From contig NC_043000.1 of the NCBI RefSeq assembly GCF_006345805.1, forward strand, positions 100,068,001 to 100,132,000: a stretch of 64,000 nt of DNA, in the 5' to 3' direction. Made by a program: the position numbers and the translations under genes. The notes beneath the pieces were generated by a model, which was not told the DNA's origin, searched no databases, and saw only the letters and a program-made list of their open reading frames with translations. Of this stretch, positions 53,528-64,000 are shown piece after piece; within the stretch, counting starts at the first letter, position 1, and the number at the start of each line of letters is the position of its first letter. The DNA comes from Octopus sinensis. Its lineage: Eukaryota.

Positions 53528-53779
53528 ATAAAGGCGAATGGAAGTTAAAATATTGGAGATGATCTTGTCCCAACACGTGGTGTCACTGAAGACGGCGTGT
53601 GTGTGTGTGAGAGTGTGTGTGTGTGTGTGTACGGGCGCGTGCGTGTGTGTTTCCATATTACATTTTTGTAGATATCTTCATGTAATAGGTACTGAGTCAT
53701 ACACACACATACTGTCTTCCGTGACACCACGGAATGGGACAAGATCATCTCCAATATTTCATCTTTCATTTGCCTTTAT
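53528..53779. mobile_element. Fold-back MITE-like element with ~84-bp imperfect TIRs
   Basis: ataaaggc.aatg.aag.t.aaatattggagatgatcttgtccca..cgtggtgtcac.gaagac is mirrored at 53697-53779. Confidence 0.85.
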
Positions 53780-53781
53780 TG

Positions 53782-53823
<42 letters not shown>

Positions 53824-54360
53824 ATATATATATATTATATATATATATATATATATGGCGATATATATCTATATATATATATATATATCGATATATATAT
53901 ATATATATATAAATAGATAGTATGTGTAAGTATGTATTATGTATCCATAATATCCGTAACCATTCCCGCACCATTGTTTCACACTGGTATGTAATAATTT
54001 GGATACAGCAGTCTCCTTCAGTATACGGTATCGTTATTACTGAAGATATAGTTGAGTATCACATTTGATGTAATAAATTTACCGATGCTCTGAATGTTAT
54101 TCCTAAAAGACAGAGCAAAACTGTTATACGTTTGTAAGCTGACATTAATTCTGGCTTTTGGTTCTTTATCGTCGTTTTAAAAGGTGGTATGCGAATTCTC
54201 AGCTAAACATAAAATGCACGGTATTGGACAGTTATTTTAAAGAATGGCTCAGCTTAAAATTACTATGTAATTTCGATAGAGCCACTCAATTTTATTTTGA
54301 CAAATTCGCTTCGAGAATGATGTAGCGTTATTTGTTCACATACACACATACACACACACG

Positions 54361-54453
<93 letters not shown>

Positions 54454-55004
54454 ATGTATGTATGGTGTGTGCTTGTAATAATAATTATGAACATGCTATT
54501 TTACAAAAGATAACAACTCTTCAAATAACAAAGAACAATATAACACATGTACAAAAAAGAATTATCCATATTCTCGCTGGAATTTTGCCAATTCAATAGT
54601 CTCTGCTTACAGACTTTATTATTTTTTCTCACAGAAGCACAGAAACAATTCTAAATTCTTCTAATACATCTTTAAATTGAAACATTTTACAATGCATTAC
54701 GTTATTTAGACAATCTACTATATATTTGTTTATTTATCTATTGATGTATTAAATTTATTTATTATTTGGTTAGTGCGTTGTTTTACTTCATAATGTTTTG
54801 CCCAATTATTCATTTATTTATTTATTCAGTTATTTAATTATATATTCATATATTCTTTTATATATTTATTCTGTCATTCTATCGTACATGTGTGTGTGTG
54901 TTTGTGTGTCTGTACGTGTGTATGCGTGTATATCTATGCGTGTATTTGCATGTGTGCATATGTATGCGTGCGTATGTTGTGTTTGTATATGTATGCATGT
55001 ATAC

Positions 55005-55073
<69 letters not shown>

Positions 55074-55164
55074 AATCATTTACTTGCATATTGTGTTTAG
55101 TTTTCCCTCTAAATTGTGGTTATTATAATTATTGAATTGAATACAAAGAAAATAGCTTTGTTGA

Positions 55165-55305
55165 TTCTTTTTCTTCTTCTACTGCATTTTCTTCTTCTTC
55201 TTCTTCTTCTTCTTCTTCTTCTTCTTCTTCTTCTTCTTTTTCTTTTTCTTCTTCTTTTTCTTCTTCTTCTTCTTCTTCTTTTTCTTCTTCTTCTTCTTCT
55301 CTTTA
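55165..55305. repeat. (CTT)n polypyrimidine microsatellite
   Basis: Seen directly; it produces the poly-K and poly-L ORF artefacts. Confidence 0.95.
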
Positions 55306-56499
55306 TAGTTGTTTACATTTCCCTTTTTTAAAAATACTATTATGTTTTTTTTTGTCTTACCCTTTGTAGATAAATGGTTTCGTGGAGATGTTAATAGTGA
55401 TGGTGGTGATAGAAAATTGTCTGGGAGAGGATATATTGGTGTATATATGTGTATGCATACATATATGCGTGTGTGTGTATGTGTGCGTGCGGTGCGTGCG
55501 TGTGTGTGCATGTGTCTATGTTTTTGTGTTTGTGTTTGTGTTTAGCGTAAGTGCAAAATGAATAATACAATTCTTGATACAAGCGTAACAAGTTATTTGT
55601 GAAAATTACAGGCAGAAACGAACGAATTATGTTAATCTCTCCTCTTTTCCTCCTTTTCTGCCCGTCCTCCTCGTACTCTACCACCACCACCACAACCACC
55701 GGCACCAATACTGTTACTGCCACCACCACCATCACCACCACAACCATCACTACTGCGTTGTTGTTCTTATATGTGTCGTGGGTGTTATCCTGTCGATCGA
55801 TTAGTGTTTGCCAGCGACGTTTTGAATGAGATTCAATTCATTATCATTGTTAAACTTTCGTATTTTAGGGGTCAATTCGTTTGCTTTTCATGACCTAGTC
55901 TTCATCCTCTTTGACAAATGCTCCATCTTTTGAGACTTGTAACTTCTCAATCCGTCTCCTCTTTCGAGAGATCTAATGGTGCTATATTTGTGCTCTCATG
56001 CGTTTCTTTCAGCCCTGATTGTTTGCCGGAAAGATATATTCAAAACATGTCACTTGCACACCTGTAGTAGGTATTAATTGTTGTTGACGTCGTCCTCGCC
56101 ATTTGTTGCTGTTATTGTTGTTTGTATTACTTAGCTGCTAACCACCGGTACATGTGATAATGTTGCAGCTGGGGCAGGGGTGGCGGTACTGTAGGGTACT
56201 CCACTCCCACTCTCTTCACTGTCGGTCAGAACGCCTTAAGGTGACTTAGTTCTTTCACAAATCATACGCTTAAGGTTTCCACTGTCTGCAACCAGCCGCA
56301 TCTATTAGCATTCTCCTAAATAAAAATAGTCTTGGATGACAAGAATAACTTTTGGAATAACTAAAATCTGAAATTCCATTGTTGTTCTCAATTAATACGA
56401 TTGAAGAATAGACATGGGTTTCATAATTGATCCGTGCTCCACTACTATTGTCATTTTCTTGACTTAGTTTCTGATATGCGGCACATTGGTAACCCTGAT

Positions 56500-56557
<58 letters not shown>

Positions 56558-56559
56558 TT

Positions 56560-56700
56560 GGAATTTACAAAAAAAAGAAAAGAACAGAAGACGAAGACAG
56601 GTGCGTAAACAACAAACAGGTGTATTAGTTTAACGCTCGGGAAGATGAGAAAGTCTTTTACGTTTCGAGCCTAAGCTCTTCAACAGAAATGAACATGAGA
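56560..56700 (-). mobile_element. PLE-like 3' module (family G) with variant hammerhead-like motif
   Basis: Minus strand: ATTT-CTGTTGA-A-GAGC(TTAG)GCTC-GAAA-C-GTA|AAAG, then the tail shared with 16018-16095. Confidence 0.6.
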
Positions 56701-58589
56701 AAATAAACAGAGAGATAATAAAAAAAGTTTTAGTGGCCAGCGGCCGATCATAGCGATGGCTGGACAGAGGTGGTCAGACTATGTATGTATGTATTTATGT
56801 ATGTATGTATGTATGTATGTATGTATGTATGTTACAGAAAATAAACTAAATTTCGAACGCTGGATAGTTGTGAAAACGGCCTAGAAAATTGGTTAAATAC
56901 CCCAGAAGACGGAAAAAATTCCTGCAGGCTGCTCAGCCGGTATCTGAACGGTTCAGGGTTCGGTTCTCTGTAGCTGCCTGCTGGCAACTTTGTTTCCGCC
57001 CTCCAGGGGTATATACCCAATTTTCTTGACTGTTTTCATAGTCATTATTTACATTATTTACTTTATTTACATTTGATGGATATTTGTCATCTTGTTTCAA
57101 TCTGTATTATATAAATTTACGAAGGGTATATCCAAGAAAAGAATAACATAAATGATTTAGTGCGTTTTTATATTGTGACATCATAATTTACACGATCTTT
57201 ACACGTGTTTCACTATCGAAAACGTGTATGTCGTGCTGTAATCGTCATGTAGACGATTGCATAATCACGCTGAAACGTTAGATTTTCAGAAGAATGTAGT
57301 AATTTAACCATTGTTATGTACCAACCTCTGTTGGTAGGTAGCTCTAAATGAGACCTGCGTGTAAGTTTTGGAGAACGTTCTATATGTATAGCCGTCAAGA
57401 AAGAAAGGTTATGTTATCAAAAAGATAAATATAGAAAGAAAGATGGAAAGGTAATAACTGTGATCAGGCTGTCTACGGCAAAAAGGAAAATCAGCGCTTA
57501 AACTGAAAATTTCAAGTTGGTAATACAATTGTCTATCTAACGATTACCACACATCGCACTAGTATATGTTAGTGAAATACGTGTAAAAATTGTGTAATTT
57601 ATGATATTATAATAAAAATGCTAAACTTAATTCTTCTCTTTTATTGTACTTTGAGACTTGTATGTTCTGTAGAAATTTTTAGGGCTTGCTCACTGTTGCA
57701 GATGGTTGTTACCATTTTGTAACGTTTACCTCACGATATGCAGATTTCTGCGGACCAAAATTTTACGAAGAATTTCTCGATTTTAGCTGGAAATGGTTCC
57801 TGCAAATTTGTCTGCGATCTATTCACCAGAAAAGAATGGTTTCTTTTTCTTTTTCTTCTTTTTAATGTCTTACTTCTTCGGCAGCGAGCGACACCACTCT
57901 GGAGCGAACATTATCGTTCTTCTATTTTTTAAACCACTTCTGTTTGACCTTGGTGTATGTTTGTTGATGATTGGTTTGTGGAGTGGACAAAATATACTCC
58001 ATATAGTTTTATAGTTTTCACTATTGATATTTTCCTTGTGAGTGTTGTTCCTTGTTATTGCTCTTTTTTATGGTTTCCATTGTTGTTATTGTTGTTGTTG
58101 TTGCACTTGTTGCTGATCTTGCTGTTACTGCCGTTATATTACTACGATTTCTCTCGTTAATCTATAGTGACGTCAATGTATTGTAGCAGTAGATAATGGC
58201 ATAGCAATGACGTCAAAATCGTTGTCGTCATTGCGACCATACCGCTGTTTGTTCTCAATTCGAAAAATTCAACACATTATTCCTCTTCCCCTTCGGATAC
58301 AAATACTATAGAAGATTTTTGTCATACACTTTATTTTATCGAAAAAGAAAATATCAGTTTCTTTTCCTTATTTTTTTAATTGCAATTTTATTGGATAGAA
58401 TCACCAACCTATGAAATATTTTATAAAAGAAAACAAAAACTGCGCCTTATTAATGTGCATCAGCTTCTCGATAAAGTTATTAAGGGAAGACAAAATAACA
58501 CTAAAATTCTCACTTTTCGGTCAAAAATAACAAAACAAGTAAAGCTTATAAAAACACATTCCCGTGGTACTCAGAGAAAATAATAATAA

Positions 58590-58760
58590 TAATCTTTTCT
58601 CCTATAGGCACAAGGCTTGAAATTGCATGAACTCCAGTGTGTAACTGCTACTTATTTCATCAGCTCCAAAGTCGACCTCGGCGGAATTTGAACTCAGAAC
58701 GTATACACGGGCGAAATACTGCTAAGTATATTACCCGACGCACTGCCTATTCTGCCACCG
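58590..58760 (-). mobile_element. SINE family B copy
   Basis: aaagtcgacctcggcggaatttgaactcagaacgta..gggcgaaatactgctaag. Confidence 0.8.
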
Positions 58761-58816
58761 TTTGTTTATTAACCATTAAGGGTTTACAAAAAGAAAAAAA
58801 AAGATACAGGACGCCC

Positions 58817-59248
58817 GGATCTTTTCGGTTTGAACGGCAGTTTTTAGCATAATTTCTAGGTAACTAAAAAATTTAAAACTTCGTATACTGGTAGAATGTG
58901 TTTATAAAACATCTTTTTATCTTGGCTTTATTGAGAAAATTCTATAGTTTGTAAGATATTTGTTGTCTTTTTTCTTGAATTTCTGCAATTTCAACCAATC
59001 AATGACGTCCATTGAGGTAAACAACATTCTGTGCCGTATGAATATGTCCCTCGTTTAAGAAACAGATTGGATTTATTTACATTTGTGAAGAAAAAAAAAT
59101 ACCCTTCCACCACCCCTAACCTTAACCCTAACTAACCCTAACCCTAAAACTGATTGAAATACAATAGATCGATACTAGGGTCATAATTATGGGTGACAAT
59201 TTCATATGACACCGCTAGAAAAAACTGCCGTTCAAACCGAAAAGATCC
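58817..59248. mobile_element. Complete Merlin-type MITE (432 bp)
   Basis: Perfect 29-bp TIRs GGATCTTTTCGGTTTGAACGGCAGTTTTT (58817-58845 / 59220-59248), exact 8-bp TSD GGACGCCC (58809-58816 / 59249-59256), internal (CCTAAC)n telomere-like tract at 59114-59147. A GG terminus with an 8-bp TSD fits Merlin. Confidence 0.9.
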
Positions 59249-59459
59249 GGACGCCCAAACAGAAATAGTTGTTAAAATAAAATTCTAACAATAAATAATT
59301 CCCCAAAAGAGGGAGACTTCTGAGGACTAACCGTAGAAATCACACAAAACCATGACGCATTTGACCTTTGTCGTTTTTTCAATCCATAGGTGCATGCTTT
59401 GTGTAGGCCTACTCATTCGCACTATGCTTGCGGCCGTCATCCAATAATAATAATAATAA

Positions 59460-60053
59460 TAATAATTTCTACTAAAGGCACTAGGCCTGAAATTGTGGAG
59501 CAGGGGACTAGTCACTTACATCGACCTCAGTGCATAACAGGTACCTATTTCATTGTCCACGAAAAAAATGAAAGACAAAGTCGACCTTATCGGAATTTGA
59601 ACTCAGAACATAAAGTCTGACGAATTGCAACTAAGCATTTTGCTCTGCGTACTAACGATTCAGCCAGCTCGCCGCCGCCTTCCATAACGCCTTCCACTTT
59701 GCCTTTCGATTCCAAAAGGATGAAAGGCAAAGTCGACCTCGGTGGAATTTGAACTCTGAACGTAGCGACAGACGAAATACCGCTAAACATTGTGCTAACG
59801 ATTCTGTCAGCTCGCCGCCTTTCATATTAATAATAATCTTATCTACTCTAGGCACAAGGCCCGAAATTTTGGGAGAGGGGGGCCAGTCGATTAGATTGAC
59901 CCCAGTATGCAACTGGTACGTAATTTATCGATCCCGAAAGGATGGAAGGCAAAGTGGACCTCGGCCTAATTTGAACTCAGAAGGTAGCGACGGGCGAAAT
60001 ACCGCTGAGCGTTTTGTGCAGCATGCTAGCAAGTCTGCCAGTTCACCGCCTTC
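59460..60053 (-). mobile_element. Three head-to-tail SINE family B copies between (AAT)n runs
   Basis: Three consecutive consensus heads ending cagctcgccgcc / cagttcaccgcc. Confidence 0.85.
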
Positions 60054-60054
60054 C

Positions 60055-60101
<47 letters not shown>

Positions 60102-60149
60102 TAATTCTGGTTTATTGGCCACAAGGGCTAACATAAATCAAAGAAAACC

Positions 60150-60456
60150 AATGCCTTGTGAGTGGATTTGGCAGACGGAAACTGAAAGAAGCCTGTCGTA
60201 TATATGTATATATGTATATATGTGTGTGTGTGTGTGTTTGTGTGTCTGTGTTTGTCCCCCTAGCATTGCTTGACAACCGATGCTGGTGTGTTTACGTCCC
60301 CGTCACTTAGCGGTTCGGCAAAAATGAAACCGATAGAATAAGTACTGGGCTTACAAAGAATAAGTCCCGGGGTCGATTTGCTCGACTAAAGGCGGTGCTC
60401 CAGCATGGCCGCAGTCAAATGACTGAAACAAGTAAAAGAGTAAAAGAGTAAAGAGT
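60150..60456 (+). mobile_element. SINE family A (5'-truncated) with (AAAAGAGT)n tail
   Basis: gccttgtgagtggatttggcagacggaaactgaaagaagcc...gcttgacaaccgatgctggtgtg...ggcggtgctccagcatggccgcagtcaaatgactgaaacaagtaaaagagtaaaagagt. Confidence 0.9.
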
Positions 60457-60828
60457 ATACAGGGCGAAAATTACAAAGGGTTTTGTCTGAAAGAAAGGTC
60501 CGTGTAAACATTCAAAATAACAACGAAAAATATAACAAATAAAACTCCCAATAGGGGGAGGCGCTTCGAAAGGTTACTCGTGGAAAAACCCATAAAAGCC
60601 GCGGGAGCCTAGTCAAAATGGTGTAGAGAGCCCCTTCTCCTTTTATATTACCTTTTCTTTTACAGAATTGGTCCGTTCATACTGGCCATTTTACCGACAT
60701 TCACCCACCTTTCAATAAATTTGCTACGAGACAGCACTTCCCTCTCTACTCTCATCTTCCTTTTCAAGTTGAACTTGAAAAAGTTGATGAAGTCTTGGCC
60801 AATAATAATAATAACAACAACAACAACA

Positions 60829-61379
60829 GATGCAGTACCAGTTATTGGCTGTCATGGCGTCTGATCTTAACTGATTGAACGTGTTATCATGTACTTCTTG
60901 GTATAAAAGATGGGGTATAGCAAATATTCTGCTCAATACCACAGATTTGTTTGTCAGTTGTTTGACCTTTAGCAGTTGAGCATGTCCCTTAGTGGCTGAC
61001 GACATGTGCATCACTGATCACAAGCGGTAGTAGTGGGGGAGCATCATAGCCATGAGCATCATAGCCATGAGCATCATAGCCATGAGGAATTCTGTGGGGT
61101 TTTGAATAATTCACCTCTGGAAGCATGGGTGCTTCGTTCAACATCCTGAAACAAACTTTTGAGCGGGGTGGTCTACTCGACCTGAAGAAAATTCTAACTG
61201 GGCCCCACCTTCAAGGTCATGCATTGTTTATCTTGATATGAGATCACCATGTCGCGCACATATGGTTGTGATGCATGTGCCTGGTGTATCCTTTTCAGAC
61301 GGGTAGTCATGATGGGTATACTGGGCTTCGTATATTTTACCCTAGTGTCACTTTAATGGCATGCACTGCTCTCTCACTC
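60829..61379 (+). mobile_element. Family E repeat, second copy, in (AAT)n; contains a 15-bp triplication at 61039-61083
   Basis: Reverse complement of 29219-29770; (gagcatcatagccat)x3. Confidence 0.85.
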
Positions 61380-61397
61380 AATAATAATAACAACAAC

Positions 61398-61445
<48 letters not shown>

Positions 61446-62002
61446 TGTGATTTCAAATTTTGGCACAAGCCCATCCATTTTGATAGAAAAGGAATTAGTT
61501 GACAAAATCGATCCTAGCACTTGGCTGGCATTTATTTCAACAATTCCAGGAAGAGAAAGGTAAAGCTGCCATCGGGAAGAATTGAACAGGCTTTTCTTTT
61601 TCTTGTTTTTTCTTTTTTTTTATAATCCCCAATCCCCAAGCCAGAATGGTTGGGGAAAAGGTTAGGTTATTCAATTAAACCAGTTCTAATAATTGATTTT
61701 TACTTTATTTTTAACGACCCTGAAAGGATAAAAGACCAAGATAATTTCAACGGGATTCGAATAGAGAAGGCAAAGTGCCAGAACCAAAGTACAATGAATT
61801 TTTGTTTCCCCACTTTTACAATTCTACCAATCCACATGATGAATAATAGTGGTAATCATTATGGATTATTTATTGGCCACAGGGGTCTGCCACATAATAA
61901 ACAAATATATCGCACAGAAGGGACACAAAACAAGCGAAAGTGTTGTACAGATTCTATAAACGATGTTGGAGGTAACAGCGAGAGAATGTAATAATAATAG
62001 TA

Positions 62003-62047
<45 letters not shown>

Positions 62048-62777
62048 GTGGACGAAAATGTAATTGCATTTGATGCTAGCTAACAAGCAAACCACTATGT
62101 TGATGTATTATAGAATTAAACGGTTCTTCAAGCAATATTGATGCGGCAGTCATAGTAATTAACTTCCATACGGCAGATCTTATTAGCTTTTAGCAGCAGG
62201 AAATATTTTCTTTGTAGGTTCGATTACGTTAAAATTAGCCGTTGGCATAAATTGCGATAAGGAATGTAGGAATTATTGATTTTTGTTTTCTATTTTTTCA
62301 CAATGGCACAAGGTTATACATCTGAAGTTAAGGGAGATGTAATGGACTGAATCGACCCAGTACAATTACTGGGTTTAATCAAGCTTGTGAAGGTGTTTTC
62401 ACCTTGTGGTTCGATCAGCAAGAAATATTAACCAATATCCCTCAAAGCGTACTCTGCTGTCTTAAAAAGAGGATAAAGGACGCATTGGATTATTATGTCG
62501 TAAATACAAAATGGCTGAAAAAATAAACAAAATAACAGATAGGCAATGGGCTTGGATGAAACGCTTTTGATCATAGATCTGCTGTATCAGTTGTGGATGG
62601 GACGAAAATACAAGAACAAGAACAATAATAAATGGTACTTAACTGTACCAGCGACGGAGTCTCTACGTAATCGTTTACACTGCTATAAACAATATCGTCA
62701 TCTCCATCATATCATGGCTACTGATTTTGTTTTGTTTTAAACTAAGGAGCGGTCACATAAGATTTATTACCCTAGGT

Positions 62778-62924
62778 CAGTGATAGACAAACTGCAGCCC
62801 GCGGGACTTTCTGAAAGGCACACCTAAAAGAAAAATAACCTTGGATAGTTTTAATAGTGCGGCCCATCTGATGACGAGCCATGTTTTATGTGGCTCGCTT
62901 CGCGAAAAAAGGTTGCCAATACTG
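62778..62924. mobile_element. hAT/Charlie-type MITE
   Basis: CAGTGATAGACAAACTGCAGCCCGCGGG ... GTGGCTCGC..AAAAAGGTTGCCAATACTG with CTAG-containing flanks (ccctaggt / gctctaga). Confidence 0.7.
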
Positions 62925-63233
62925 GCTCTAGATGCACTATGACTGATTAAAAAACGGAATTGGACACGACTTTGATCATTTACCTGCATAATAAAGGTAA
63001 AAGTGGGACTAAACAACTGATACTAATTCATATATAACGATGTGGGGTGGGATGAAAAACAAAATCATATCTGGTTGAATTTAAACTCAAAAGGCAAAAT
63101 GTAAAATTAAATTGTATAATCACATTTTCTCCAGCACTTATACGCTTTTGCCACTACAGCTCCGGTAGGGAAGCATAAAATGCGATAGCATTATAGCATT
63201 TGATAACGTACATCACTCACGTTTGTCCATGTG

Positions 63234-63339
<106 letters not shown>

Positions 63340-63353
63340 CCGATCTATCTATC

Positions 63354-63523
63354 TGACGTTTCTGTGATACACGATCCCTATTGATCGGCTTCCTTCTTTT
63401 TTCCCCTTCTTTCCATGATCCCTTTTGATCGAAATTCTACCTTCCTCCCCCTTTTTTTTCTTCCCAAAAAGAAAAAGCTCTACTTTGTATTTTGTCCCCT
63501 CTGTGTGGCTAATAAAGAAACAT
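63354..63523 (+). mobile_element. Short 3'-end copy of the L1/Tx1-clade LINE
   Basis: Matches 32950-33155 (gatccctattgatcg..ccttttgatcgaaa..ctgtgtggctaataaagaaacat); preceded by ~120 bp of (CTAT)n and followed by atctatctat. Confidence 0.9.
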
Positions 63524-63542
63524 ATCTATCTATAAAGTTGAT

Positions 63543-63737
63543 TGTTATGTCAGTCAGACAGTCACCATTGGTTTCACATCTGCAAAGTTCTTAGCTGAAT
63601 AGGCGACTTGTCAGACGCAAATGGCCGGAGGCATATAACCTTTCTGCCTCCGACCTTTTGAATCTGATGAGTCGCCTATGCATTTAAGCGCTCTATAGGT
63701 GCAAAACGAATGGTCACTCTCTGATCGGTCATAACAA
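63543..63737. mobile_element. Old fold-back element (imperfect ~90-bp arms, 11-nt loop)
   Basis: gttatg.c..tcaga.agt.accatt.gttt..ataggcgact..tcaga..ggaggca-tataacctttc-tgcctcc.. is mirrored. Confidence 0.8.
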
Positions 63738-64000
63738 CCAATCTTCTAAAATATATTATTGCTCTAATGTCTTAGAGTGTGCTTCTTTTACGGGTATATG
63801 AACTACTGACGCTATATATATACATGTATAAGCACGCACACACACACACACACATAAATAGATAGATAAATAGTTATAAACAAACATGCGCGCACACACA
63901 CACACACACAAATATATAAACAGATATATATATATTTTTTTGAAATATAGTAATATATAAAACTCTGTCTTTTACTTGAAGGCTCACTTAGTATGATTTT

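Noticed and set aside
57683-57868. Protein-like frame DGCYHFVTFTSRYADFCGPKF... after a possible acceptor
   Set aside because: All three plus frames are open here because of T-rich composition; no good donor or recognisable domain.
59114-59147. Interstitial telomere or chromosome-fusion scar
   Set aside because: Short, degenerate and entirely inside a TIR-bounded MITE.
62860-62910. CTGATGA...GAAA hammerhead-like string inside the hAT MITE
   Set aside because: Six extra bases separate stem II from GAAA, and stems I and III are missing.

Overview
AT-rich eukaryotic DNA that is almost entirely repeats. The microsatellite load ((TA)n, (CA)n, (CTAT)n, (CATA)n, (AAT)n) and the SINE families suggest a coleoid cephalopod, most likely Octopus (inference from repeat content). 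I found no host protein-coding gene I can support. Nearly all ORF-track entries are microsatellite or low-complexity artefacts, and the protein-like ones are broken transposon ORFs. Recognisable elements: three tRNA-derived SINE families (many copies); L1/Tx1-clade LINE 3' fragments; Penelope-like (PLE) RT fragments and short 3' modules; R4/Dong-like and RTE remnants; mariner D34D and maT D37D transposase remnants; several Tc1/mariner, Tigger, hAT and Merlin MITEs; a Merlin N-terminus joined to a Helitron helicase C-terminus; and Helentron-like ends. Best candidates for follow-up: (1) a minimal type-I hammerhead ribozyme inside a perfect 134-bp double fold-back at 3130-3455, plus a family of variant hammerhead-like modules; (2) an L1/Tx1-like LINE whose three plus-strand copies all begin and end in (CTAT)n, and a non-coding element sitting in (TAA)n, which suggests microsatellite-targeted retrotransposition; (3) several perfect inverted duplications of 30-134 bp; (4) a GC-rich 13-bp minisatellite. 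Coordinates were read by hand. IR, TIR and ribozyme coordinates were checked base by base; boundaries of decayed elements are approximate (about +/-20 bp).
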